Of a stretch of DNA of 62,911 nucleotides, positions 1-7,830 are shown in pieces. The notes beneath the pieces are model-generated. The model saw only the letters and a program-made list of their open reading frames with translations, searched no databases and had not been told where the DNA came from. The position numbers and the translations under genes were made by a program. Source of the stretch: Bacillota bacterium (GTDB lineage Bacteria > Bacillota > Clostridia > Lutisporales > Lutisporaceae); NCBI GenBank assembly GCA_035417425.1, contig DAOLPD010000001.1:1-62911 (forward strand). The letters run 5' to 3'. Numbering within the stretch: position 1 is the first letter of the stretch; each line of letters begins with the position of its first letter.

Positions 1-21
1 CTCCGCGGGGCATGGTACGGC
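1..21 (+). repeat. 3' end of a third copy of the ORF-less B module, truncated by the window edge
   Basis: GCGGGGCATGGTACGGCG aligns with the tails of the copies at 664-736 and 2883-2954. It is followed directly by an attC-like site, as at 737. Confidence 0.4.
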
Positions 22-211
22 GCATAACAAAGCCCTCACGCTGTGGCACGGCGGGTAATGTCAGGGAGCATGCGTGCCTTGAGTTGCCAGATGCGTTTGC
101 TCCGGAGCAGGAGTCAGGGCAACCATACCCCTTCACCGGGAGGGTCGCTCCGCCAGGTGGAAGGGCTTCGAGGTCCGGTTCAGGGACGTCGTGAGTGCGG
201 AATCGTTAGGT
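22..211 (+). repeat. attC-like site, long form (~190 bp)
   Basis: Left box GCATAAC (22-28), right box GTTAGGT (205-211). Inner arms CTCACG (35-40) and CGTGAG (190-195). About 80% identical to the site at 737-930. Confidence 0.6.
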
Positions 212-367
212 GACAGATGATGCAGATTGTCGATTGTAAAGGGATAAATGGATGGTGGACTTATAAAGCAGGAATATTAACATTGCAAGCATATACCATA
301 TTATGGTAGAATTAGATAGAGACTGTTGCAGGTGTGGTTTGCCTCCTTTTACCGAGGAGGTGAGGCT

Positions 368-454
368 ATGAGTATATATGAGTCCATGAGTGTTATGCTT
401 ATGTTCGGCATGTTGATTATAGCTTTGCTGAGTTTTCACCGAAAGAAAAATTAG
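368..454 (+). CDS. 28-aa hydrophobic peptide, resembles Firmicutes holin-like toxin (Hol-Tox) peptides. Not in the supplied ORF track.
   Basis: GGAGGTGAGG RBS lies 5-6 nt before the ATG at 368. Translation is MSIYESMSVMLMFGMLIIALLSFHRKKN: one TM helix plus a basic tail. Stop is TAG at 452-454, followed by a hairpin. Confidence 0.55.
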   Translation: MSIYESMSVMLMFGMLIIALLSFHRKKN

Positions 455-464
455 CAAAAAGAAA

Positions 465-500
465 ACCACCCTGCAGTGCTAGTGCAGGGTTGGTTATTTA
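465..500 (+). terminator. Hairpin after the small peptide gene (weak U-tract)
   Basis: AACCACCCTGCAG / TGCAGGGTTGGTT stem with a 6-nt loop, followed by ATTTAGTT. Confidence 0.4.
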
Positions 501-594
501 GTTAACCATCATCTGACGAGGCAACCACATTTGTGGCGGTCTCTTTAATATTATTATACCAAATTGAAATAATTAATCAACAAATTTTTAACAA

Positions 595-736
595 GGTACA
601 AACTCCTATGCGGAGTTTGTTGGAGATTAGAACCCGAGAGAAACATTATGTATGTAATTAACTCATGTCAGGTCCCAGGTACCGGAAACGTTATATCAAG
701 ATTATTGAGCGGGGGCGTCGTGGAGCATTATCCATC
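595..736 (+). repeat. A/B module copy 1: a decayed short attC-like element (A, 595-655) fused to a conserved ORF-less segment (B, 664-736)
   Basis: Aligns without gaps over ~140 nt with 2814-2954. The A part is homologous to the short site at 1527-1573, but the GTT box has become GAG. Confidence 0.5.
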
Positions 737-930
737 AGCCAACAATGCCCTCACGCTGCGGCACGTTGGGTAGGAGCAAGGAGCATGCGTGCCTTGGGTT
801 GCAAAGGATATGCTAAGCTGTAGTTTGATTTAAGTAGCAATCACACCCCTTCACCGGGAGGGTCGCTCCGCCAGGGGGTAGATACCTTGGGGTCCGGTTT
901 AGGAACGTCGTGAGTGCGAACCCGTTAGCT
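737..930 (+). repeat. attC-like site, long form (194 bp)
   Basis: Left box AGCCAAC (737-743), right box GTTAGCT (924-930). Arms CTCACG (750-755) and CGTGAG (909-914). Carries about 83 extra nt (about 766-848) relative to the 113-bp site at 13646, including a GGCACG...CGTGCC hairpin. Confidence 0.6.
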
Positions 931-1011
931 GACAGATAATGCAGATTGAATTGTATTACACATCGGTAAGGTAATGTTAATAAAGATTATTTGTATTAGG
1001 AGAGATGTAAT

Positions 1012-1491
1012 ATGGAGTTTAAGCTAGCCCTTTTAGCTGTGAAGAACATTGAAAGATCGAAACAGTTTTATAAAGAATTGTTTGACCAGGAAGTTGTACT
1101 TGATTTGGGCAAGAATGTGACTTTCAATGGTGGGTTTGCTATTCAAGAAGATTTTGCATGGTTGACCGATTTACCACCAAAATCAATTGTTGAGAAATCA
1201 AATAATATGGAATTGTATTTTGAAGTTGATAACTTTGATGAATTTATTGCAAAATTGAACACATATAAGTCAATTGAATATGTTCATCAACCGAAGAAAC
1301 ACGAATGGCAGCAAAGGGTGGTTCGCATATATGATCCAGACTATCATATTATTGAAATTGGTGAGTCCATGGAAGTTATTGCAAAGCGATACCTTTGCGA
1401 TGGGTATTCTGTTGAAGAAACTTCAAAAATCATTCAGCATCCTGTTGAATTTGTCGAAATGTGCAAGCAAGGCTTAGAAGAACTAACCTAG
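1012..1491 (+). CDS. VOC family (glyoxalase / bleomycin-resistance fold) protein
   Basis: 159 aa. N-terminal LAVKNIERSKQFYKELF and C-terminal VRIYDPDYHIIEIGE are typical paired beta-alpha-beta-beta-beta module signatures. RBS is AGGAGAG. Confidence 0.7.
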   Translation: MEFKLALLAVKNIERSKQFYKELFDQEVVLDLGKNVTFNGGFAIQEDFAWLTDLPPKSIVEKSNNMELYFEVDNFDEFIAKLNTYKSIEYVHQPKKHEWQQRVVRIYDPDYHIIEIGESMEVIAKRYLCDGYSVEETSKIIQHPVEFVEMCKQGLEELT

Positions 1492-1526
1492 TTGCCGTGT
1501 AATGTTATGTCATAATTTTATATTAG

Positions 1527-1573
1527 GTGCAAACTTCTATGGGTCGTTTGTTAGAGATCTGGACCCGTTAGAC
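1527..1573 (+). repeat. Short attC-like site (~47 bp)
   Basis: GTGCAAAC ... GGGTC (loop) GACCC GTTAGAC. The right box GTTAGAC (1567-1573) is followed by the conserved GATAGGTAATGCAGATG extension. Confidence 0.4.
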
Positions 1574-1652
1574 GATAGGTAATGCAGATGTAATAGCTGC
1601 AATAAATAATATAAAATAAATAAGAAAGTATAGAATAGGAGGATCTACAGAA

Positions 1653-2075
1653 ATGGTTCAATCAATTATACATATTGCATTAGTTGTAAGAGATTATGAT
1701 GAGGCAATAGAATTTTATACAAAGAAGCTTAATTTTACGTTGATTGAAGATACTTATCAGCCTGAACAGGATAAGAGGTGGGTAGTAGTGTCTCCACCCG
1801 GTTCAGTCGGAACTACTATCTTACTTGCAAGAGCATCTAAACCCGAGCAAGAGTCGTTTATAGGCAACCAGTCAGGTGGTAGGGTATTTATATTTTTGAA
1901 CACCGATGATTTTTGGAGAGATTATAATGAAATGGTTTCAAAGGGAATAGAATTTGTGAGAGAGCCGAAGGAACAATCGTATGGGACGGTTGCAGTATTC
2001 AAGGATTTGTATGGAAATTTATGGGACTTAGTAGAACTGAAAAAGGGTCATCCAATTTTGAATAGAATTAGGTAG
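1653..2075 (+). CDS. VOC family (glyoxalase / bleomycin-resistance / dioxygenase) protein
   Basis: 140 aa with HIALVVRDYDEAIEFYTKKLNF and VFKDLYGNLWDLVE. RBS is AGGAGG. Confidence 0.75.
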   Translation: MVQSIIHIALVVRDYDEAIEFYTKKLNFTLIEDTYQPEQDKRWVVVSPPGSVGTTILLARASKPEQESFIGNQSGGRVFIFLNTDDFWRDYNEMVSKGIEFVREPKEQSYGTVAVFKDLYGNLWDLVELKKGHPILNRIR

Positions 2076-2092
2076 ATGCTTTTTCCCATAGA

Positions 2093-2185
2093 TAGCAACC
2101 ACATCCCTTCACCGAGTGTCACCACCGCCGGGGGGAAGGGCTCTGAGGTGCGTTCAGGGACGCCGTAAGTGCGGAACCGTTAGAT
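2093..2185 (+). repeat. attC-like site (93 bp)
   Basis: TAGCAAC (2093-2099) ... CCCTTCACCGAG ... GGGGGGAAGGGCTCTGAGG ... GTAAGTGCGGAACC GTTAGAT (2179-2185). Homologous to the right halves of the sites at 22-211 and 737-930. Confidence 0.6.
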
Positions 2186-2292
2186 GACAGCTCATTTAGA
2201 TTGATTTATACAAGGAGTGCTATCTTTATGTTACATATCAATAGAAAAATGTGAATTAAATGATATAAACGATTGGCTGGTGGTGATATTAT

Positions 2293-2772
2293 ATGCCCTA
2301 TATTGAATTGTCCCAAAAGTACAGTGGCGATAATAGAATTATGATATTTACAGAAGGAACAATTTTGAAACCAAAGTCTATTTTTACCCTGTATAGTCAT
2401 AGATCGTATATTCCAATAGGAAATTGCGTTAAGATTATTGAAGGATGGCAGTTACAAGGTATTGATATAGTTTACTGTACTTCACGAAAAAAGCAGCAAG
2501 CACAAGTAATTGCCGATTTATTAAAACAATACGGGTTTGTTGGAACAAGGCTATACTATAGAGACAGAGGACAACATTACAAAGATATTGTTGAAGAAGT
2601 AATGCCAGATATCTTGATTGAAGATGATTGTAGAAGTATCGGCGGAAGTTGGCAGATGTGTATCACACATATTGATAAACAATTAAAAGAGAAAATTAAA
2701 TCTGTTGTAGTAAAAGAATTTAAAGGAATAGACCATTTGCCAGCAAATCTATTGGAATTATATAAAATATAA
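2293..2772 (+). CDS. Hypothetical protein (possibly a HAD-like fold; not confidently assignable)
   Basis: 159-aa ORF in a cassette-like position. Only weak HAD-like motifs (IMIFTEGT, ILIEDD). Confidence 0.5.
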   Translation: MPYIELSQKYSGDNRIMIFTEGTILKPKSIFTLYSHRSYIPIGNCVKIIEGWQLQGIDIVYCTSRKKQQAQVIADLLKQYGFVGTRLYYRDRGQHYKDIVEEVMPDILIEDDCRSIGGSWQMCITHIDKQLKEKIKSVVVKEFKGIDHLPANLLELYKI

Positions 2773-2813
2773 AACGATATTATTTACTTAACTGCTGCAC
2801 ATTAGTTACATAA

Positions 2814-2954
2814 GGTACAAACTCCTATGGGTCATTTGATAGATATTTAAACCAAAGAGTGACAATATCTGCATAAGCGACACATGTCAGATCCCGGGTA
2901 CCGAAAGCGGTGTACTAAGGTTGTTGAGGAAGGTGTTGCAGGGCATTACCCATC
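2814..2954 (+). repeat. A/B module copy 2
   Basis: Same length and order as 595-736 (GGTACAAACTCCTATG..., CATGTCAG.TCCC.GGTACCG...GCATTA.CCATC). Substitutions are not codon-patterned. Confidence 0.5.
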
Positions 2955-2973
2955 GAGAACGAAACCGTTAGCC
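2955..2973 (+). repeat. Collapsed attC-like junction (left box GAGAAC abutting right box GTTAGCC)
   Basis: CGAGAACGAAACCGTTAGCC. The same flanks as the site at 737-930, but the whole internal palindrome is missing. Confidence 0.35.
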
Positions 2974-3009
2974 GCCATCTTATTTGTGCATATAAGGGAG
3001 TGGTATATT

Positions 3010-3555
3010 TTGATTAATGAAAGAGAAAAAGTTATTAAGGCTAAGGAAGTTTTGCTTAAGATTGCAAATGGAACAAATCCCGTCGATGGAACACCTATTA
3101 ATGAAGAAAGTTTTTTAAACGATCCTAGAATTATAAGATGTTTTTTTTACATATCCGAAGTATTAAACCGGGTAATAGCTGGACAAACAAATCAAAACTT
3201 GCCTAAGCCAACAGAGTTTCATATCACAAAGGAAGAAAAAGGTTTGGTTAAGTTTCCTGAAAATAAGATTGGGGCAAATCAGTTTGCAAAATGTATTAAT
3301 AATGTGATTGATTTAAATAAAAGCAAGAAATTATCGGGAGTAGAATTAAACAAACAGTTAAAGAAAATGGGAGTGTTGAGTGAAAATATTGATGAGAATG
3401 GTAAGACAAGGACGATTATTAATAATAAATCAGTTGACTATGGTTTTGAATCAGAAAAAAGGAACTATAATGGCAATGAATATGAGATGGTCGTAATTAA
3501 CGATATTGGCAAGGCCTACATATTAGAAAATTTAGAAGACATTATGAAGTATTAA
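3010..3555 (+). CDS. Hypothetical protein
   Basis: The ORF-track entry 2884..3555 starts inside the B repeat. A more likely start is TTG at 3010, 9 nt after AAGGGAG. No recognisable family. Confidence 0.5.
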   Translation: MINEREKVIKAKEVLLKIANGTNPVDGTPINEESFLNDPRIIRCFFYISEVLNRVIAGQTNQNLPKPTEFHITKEEKGLVKFPENKIGANQFAKCINNVIDLNKSKKLSGVELNKQLKKMGVLSENIDENGKTRTIINNKSVDYGFESEKRNYNGNEYEMVVINDIGKAYILENLEDIMKY

Positions 3556-3583
3556 TAATTTACTTACTAGAGTATCAGACTTC

Positions 3584-3700
3584 GCCTAACAATATGTTGC
3601 CTACTTCGCTTCGCTACGATACTAACCCCCGAGCCTAAGCGCATCGCGCACGGCTGACGCCTTAAGGCTCGGCAGCTGCGGCAACACGGAACCGTTAGGC
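3584..3700 (+). repeat. attC-like site (117 bp), the best-formed one in the window
   Basis: GCCTAAC (3584-3590) and GTTAGGC (3694-3700) are perfect reverse complements. Second arm pair is TGTTGCC / GGCAACA. Central stem is CCGAGCCTAAGCG / CGCCTTAAGGCTCGG with unpaired bases. Confidence 0.75.
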
Positions 3701-3782
3701 GACAGATGGTGCAAATTGGCTTACGTAAGAAGTCTGATTTCTATATTGTATGCTGGTAAAAAATGCGAACTAAAGATCATTA

Positions 3783-3845
3783 ATGTAAAAGGTTCTTGAC
3801 ATTATTAACTTTTATGATACAGTGAATGTAAAGAACTTTTTACAT
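3783..3845 (+). promoter_or_regulatory. Promoter bracketed by a 15-nt inverted repeat (candidate operator of the XRE regulator)
   Basis: TTGACA at 3796-3801, TGATACAGT (extended -10-like) at 3815-3823. Inverted repeat ATGTAAAAGGTTCTT (3783-3797) / AAAGAACTTTTTACAT (3830-3845). Confidence 0.45.
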
Positions 3846-3858
3846 TTGGAGGTGTACT

Positions 3859-4224
3859 ATGAAATCATTTTTCTTAAAATTAGGGTTTCGCAAAATGGAT
3901 GAAATGGAAAAGAACATTGCACTTAAAGCACAACGAAATGCTTTGATTTATGTTTTATTGGCCTTAGTAGTGTGGTCTTTCTATGAATCTTTTAAAGCTT
4001 ATTCACAACACACACCTATCAACTCAGTACCAAGTTTTTTATTAGTAACCACTAGTTTGGTTCAAGTTTTCTCACAACTGGTGTTACAAAAAAGAGTTGT
4101 AAAAGATGATGATGAGTATAAAGATGATAATCCACTTTTGAAAATTATCATAGCAGGTGCAATTATAAGTGCGATTATTGTTTCGATTGGCGCTTTGTTA
4201 ATCGTTTCTGGGATTCAAAAATGA
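3859..4224 (+). CDS. Small membrane protein (3 predicted TM segments)
   Basis: 121 aa, GGAGG RBS. The stop overlaps the start of the following HTH gene (ATGA at 4221). Confidence 0.6.
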   Translation: MKSFFLKLGFRKMDEMEKNIALKAQRNALIYVLLALVVWSFYESFKAYSQHTPINSVPSFLLVTTSLVQVFSQLVLQKRVVKDDDEYKDDNPLLKIIIAGAIISAIIVSIGALLIVSGIQK

Positions 4225-4412
4225 AGAATAAAATCAAACAATTAAGAAAAAACAAAGGTTTAAGACAAGAAGATATAGCTATGCTGTTAAATGTTTCAAG
4301 GCAAACAATAGTTGCTATAGAAAACGATAAATACAATCCTACGCTGGAATTGGCTATGAAAATGGCCAGGTTATTGGATACGACAGTGGAAGAATTGTTT
4401 ATATTAGAATAA
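4221..4412 (+). CDS. XRE/Cro-family helix-turn-helix transcriptional regulator
   Basis: 63 aa. LRQEDIAMLLNVSRQTIVAIENDKYNPTLELAMKMARLL is a canonical HTH_3 pattern. Confidence 0.85.
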   Translation: MKNKIKQLRKNKGLRQEDIAMLLNVSRQTIVAIENDKYNPTLELAMKMARLLDTTVEELFILE

Positions 4413-4498
4413 CTTATTGCTATAATTATTGGTTACAAGCTAATAGGGAGAAGACATAATTAATTAGATTTAATGCAATCGCAACGGGGGGTAAAAGT

Positions 4499-4795
4499 AT
4501 GAAAGGAATTACTCCATTCAATTCTTCTGGCAGAGGACCTGCTATATTGAGAAATTGTCTATTAGGGGTATGGGTTTTGATGTTTGCTTTTAAGCAGAGC
4601 ACGATATTTATGGCTAGAAATAGTGGTGAGATAACCGAGATTGTTGCAGGTTTGCTAATTATATTTTTTTCACTATATGATGCCTATGTAAGAAGAGAAA
4701 AAAATGATGTGTGGGGAATCCCGACATGGATTCTCGGTGGGTTGATTTTGACCATTGGTATAATATTTTACATTTATAAGAATCCATTTACTTAA
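4499..4795 (+). CDS. Small membrane protein, hypothetical
   Basis: 98 aa, 3 hydrophobic segments. G-rich RBS 7 nt upstream. Confidence 0.5.
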   Translation: MKGITPFNSSGRGPAILRNCLLGVWVLMFAFKQSTIFMARNSGEITEIVAGLLIIFFSLYDAYVRREKNDVWGIPTWILGGLILTIGIIFYIYKNPFT

Positions 4796-4918
4796 TGATA
4801 AAAAAATGCATATAGAATTATTACTTTCACGAAATAATGGCGATAGCCTTCATACTGCCTGAAAAATGCGAAGTAAGATTGATCCGATGTATACTTATGA
4901 AAAATGGGGATGAGAAAA

Positions 4919-5380
4919 ATGACTATCAGAATAGCAAAACTGTCTGATATAAAGGTTATATATGATTTGATCTGTGATATGGAAAATACAAAATTGGATT
5001 ATGAAAAATTTCAGGAGGTCTTTAAAAAATATCTTGAAGATGATAGGTATTTCTGCCTTGTGGCGGAACATAGCGGAACTGTTATTGGCTGTTTAAATCT
5101 TCGGATAGAGTATCAACTTCATCATACAGCAAAAATTGCAGAAATTTTAGAATTGGCGGTAATGGATAAATACCGTTCTAAAGGAGCAGGGAAGGAACTA
5201 TTTGAGAAAGCATCTGAAATTGCAAAAGACAGTGAGTGTCTTCAAATTGAGGTTTGCTGCAATCAATTAAGGTCAAGAGCACATAACTTTTATGAAAGAC
5301 AAGGTATGAATAACTTTCATTATAAATTTTCTTTGAATTTAAAGAATGAAATAATAAAAGGGAACAGGCTAGGATTATGA
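4919..5380 (+). CDS. GNAT family N-acetyltransferase
   Basis: Motif A YRSKGAGKELFEKA, C-terminal AHNFYERQGM. ATG at 4919 has the better RBS spacing; the ORF opens at 4904. Confidence 0.8.
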   Translation: MTIRIAKLSDIKVIYDLICDMENTKLDYEKFQEVFKKYLEDDRYFCLVAEHSGTVIGCLNLRIEYQLHHTAKIAEILELAVMDKYRSKGAGKELFEKASEIAKDSECLQIEVCCNQLRSRAHNFYERQGMNNFHYKFSLNLKNEIIKGNRLGL

Positions 5381-5454
5381 TAATACACATCATTCTTGCA
5401 TTGTGAATGAACTAAATATTATAATATACAAACACTTTTGAAGGAGGGTTTAGA

Positions 5455-6204
5455 ATGAAATATAAAGATGAATATGCTGATTGGGCGAAAAGCTATGATA
5501 ATTTTGGTGCAGTAACAGATATAAATGAAAAGGAAAGAGACTTTTTAGTAAGTGTTTTCAATAAATATAAAGTTAAGAATGCACTTGATTGTGCTTGTGG
5601 CACAGGCCCACATCTGTATTTACTTGCAAAGCTTGGCGTTAATGTATGTGGAAGTGATTATTCAGAAGCTATGCTTAAAGTTTGTGAAGGAAATTTATCC
5701 CGGGAAGGTATAAGTATAATAACAAAGAAAGCAGATTTCCGTTACCTTGAAAAAGTATGGGCAGAGAAGTTTGATGCGGTTTTATGCATGACTCAATCTA
5801 TTGCACATTTACATACTCATGAGGACTTAATTACAGCTTTTAAATCAATGCGTGAGAGGCTGAATGATGGTGGTATTCTTATTATGACTCAGGGAACCAC
5901 ACATCTTACATTACAGGATAGATTCCGGTTTGATCTTGCAGTAAATAATCCGGATTTTTCAAGAGTTTTTGTACGTGATATATCTGAAGGGTTCCAGACG
6001 GTTAATATACTCGACATCTACCATAGTGGCAAAGTGAGCAAAATGGAGATTAATAGTGTGCATATCAAGATAATACTTGATGACGAATATAGATCATTGC
6101 TTAATGAAGCAGGTTTTTCAAAGGTTCACATATATGGTGGATATGATATGAGTCCATATGATAAGGAGAATTCATGGAAGCTTATTGTTGTTGCCGAAAG
6201 ATAG
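5455..6204 (+). CDS. Class I SAM-dependent methyltransferase
   Basis: 249 aa. Motif I ALDCACGTGPH, acidic loop GSDYS, post-I CMTQS. RBS AGGAGGG. Confidence 0.8.
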   Translation: MKYKDEYADWAKSYDNFGAVTDINEKERDFLVSVFNKYKVKNALDCACGTGPHLYLLAKLGVNVCGSDYSEAMLKVCEGNLSREGISIITKKADFRYLEKVWAEKFDAVLCMTQSIAHLHTHEDLITAFKSMRERLNDGGILIMTQGTTHLTLQDRFRFDLAVNNPDFSRVFVRDISEGFQTVNILDIYHSGKVSKMEINSVHIKIILDDEYRSLLNEAGFSKVHIYGGYDMSPYDKENSWKLIVVAER

Positions 6205-6319
6205 CAGTCAAAGCATCGAGAGGTTGCAATGGTTAAGCGTGTTTGAAAAGATGCCATATTAATATGGTATGGCTCTGCCGATCCGGTTCAGTAGTGCCGT
6301 GAGTGCGGAAACGTTATCT
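6199..6319 (+). repeat. attC-like site (left boundary uncertain)
   Basis: Right end CCGGTTCAGTAGTGCCGTGAGTGCGGAAAC GTTATCT (6313-6319) is homologous to the other sites. Central palindrome CCATATTAATATGG (6253-6266). Possible left box AGATAGC overlaps the stop codon. Confidence 0.45.
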
Positions 6320-6424
6320 GAAAGGTAATACAGATTTATGGATGTAATAAGTAATATTATAGGATCGTATATAACTATTGAATTAGTATAGGTTGGAGAA
6401 TATCATACACAAGGAGAATGCATA

Positions 6425-6850
6425 ATGATAAAAGAACTGGATGTGTCTAAAATAGAAAGCATAATGAAAATTTGGCTTGAAGTGAATATTAAAGCACATG
6501 ATTTTATTCCTAAAAAATATTGGGAAGAGAACTATGATTTCGTAAAAAAGGCTTTACCACAAGCTACCGTTCTCGTTTATGAAGATAATGGCGAGATAAA
6601 GGGATTCATAGGTATTATAAACAAATCATATATCGAAGGATTGTTTGTTGCAGACCTATATCAGTCTAATGGAATTGGGAGTGAATTAATTGAAAGATGT
6701 AAGCAATATTGCTCTGTTTTAAAACTAGACGTTTATGCAAAAAACCTGAAAGCAATAAACTTCTATAAGAAACATGGGTTTAAGATCGAGTATGAAAAAG
6801 AGAACAGTGATACTAAGGAAATGGAATATTCTATGATATGGGAACCATAA
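6425..6850 (+). CDS. GNAT family N-acetyltransferase
   Basis: 141 aa. YQSNGIGSELIERC and AINFYKKHGF. Confidence 0.8.
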   Translation: MIKELDVSKIESIMKIWLEVNIKAHDFIPKKYWEENYDFVKKALPQATVLVYEDNGEIKGFIGIINKSYIEGLFVADLYQSNGIGSELIERCKQYCSVLKLDVYAKNLKAINFYKKHGFKIEYEKENSDTKEMEYSMIWEP

Positions 6851-6859
6851 AAGTGATAA

Positions 6860-7122
6860 AATTGCGTTACCATACAAAATAACAGTTCAGGCTTATGTTA
6901 TGAATGTGATAAATTTCCGTGCAGAAGATTGAAACAACTGGATAAACGATACCGAACAAAATATCACATGAGCATGATTGAAAATCTTGAGAATATTAAG
7001 CAAAATGGTATGAAAGAATTCCTGAAGAACGAGGAAGCCCGATGGGCTTGCATTGAATGCGGCAATATTGTCAGTGTACACAAAATGCTTGCCTTATATG
7101 TAAGACACAATACATGAAGTAA
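6860..7122 (+). pseudogene. 5'-truncated and probably frameshifted remnant of a Cys-rich (DUF3795-like) gene
   Basis: The open frame has no start before LCYECDKFPCRRL...WACIECGNIVSVHK. After the A-run at 7082-7085, the +1 frame reads NACLICKTQYMK*, restoring a CxxC pair. Confidence 0.4.
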
Positions 7123-7185
7123 CAGCAGCTATGCTGCATATTTATAGATTTATACCGGTTAAAGTACATGTGAAAGAGAGGCTGT

Positions 7186-7830
7186 ATGATGAGTGTAAAG
7201 AAAATATTTTGGGAAAATCCTTATTTGACTGAACTTGAAGCAAGAGTAACGAGTATAGACAATAGTATTATTACACTCGACCAAACAATAGCCTTTGCTT
7301 TTTCCGGAGGTCAACAGTCTGATTCAGGAACCATAGGGGGATTTCAAATCTTAGAAGCTAAAAAGGACGGAAAAGAGATTTTTTATACTATTGAGCAAAA
7401 TCATAACTTATTGCTTAATCAAAATGTCCTGGTTACAATTGATTGGGAAAAGAGATACAGATTGATGAGATTACATTTTGCAGCTGAAATAATTTTGGAA
7501 TTAATCTATCAGAACTATAACCTTCCGGAAAAAATCGGAGCAAACATAACTGTTGACAAAGCAAGAATAGACTTTCACTGGGATGGAAGAATTTCCGATA
7601 TATTTCCCGAACTTCTCAACAAAGCAAACAGAATAATAGATTCAAATATGGAAATAACAAGTGCTTTTGATGATGAAGAAAATGAAAAGAGATATTGGTA
7701 TATAGAAGGGTTTGCCAAAGTTCCCTGCGGAGGGACGCATTTAAAGAGAACAGGCGAAATTGGTTCTATATCCCTAAAAAGAAACAATTTGGGCAGTGGT
7801 AAAGAAAGAATTGAGATATACATAAAATAA
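7186..7830 (+). CDS. Alanyl-tRNA editing protein (AlaX-like, tRNA_SAD domain)
   Basis: 214 aa. HFAAE (HxxxH-type zinc motif region) and VPCGGTHLKRTGEIG, typical of the threonyl/alanyl-tRNA synthetase second additional domain. Confidence 0.7.
   Translation: MMSVKKIFWENPYLTELEARVTSIDNSIITLDQTIAFAFSGGQQSDSGTIGGFQILEAKKDGKEIFYTIEQNHNLLLNQNVLVTIDWEKRYRLMRLHFAAEIILELIYQNYNLPEKIGANITVDKARIDFHWDGRISDIFPELLNKANRIIDSNMEITSAFDDEENEKRYWYIEGFAKVPCGGTHLKRTGEIGSISLKRNNLGSGKERIEIYIK

Noticed and set aside
12-194. 60-aa ORF at the left edge, and the N-terminal 42 codons of ORF 2884..3555
   Set aside because: Both lie entirely on the GC-rich attC-like / B-module repeats. The copies differ by frame-breaking and non-synonymous changes, and no RBS is present. 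They are treated as repeat DNA, not coding sequence.
190-211. GTGAGTGCGG in the repeats resembles a group II intron 5' end (GUGYG); some group II introns target attC sites
   Set aside because: The repeat units are far too short. There is no domain V/VI-like sequence and no reverse transcriptase ORF. The motif is part of the attC inner arm.
206-469. 87-aa minus-strand ORF
   Set aside because: It has a GTG pseudo-start and no RBS, and it is antisense to a well-signalled 28-codon + strand gene. It starts inside the terminator hairpin.
1274-1477. Small overlapping same-strand ORFs nested in real genes. Examples: 1274..1477, 8680..8913, 11816..12034, 17583..17867, 19962..20171, 21563..21757, 33469..33729, 54799..55047 and 61945..62136.
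   Set aside because: They are in alternative frames of genes with strong family signatures. They have no RBS and their amino-acid composition is atypical.
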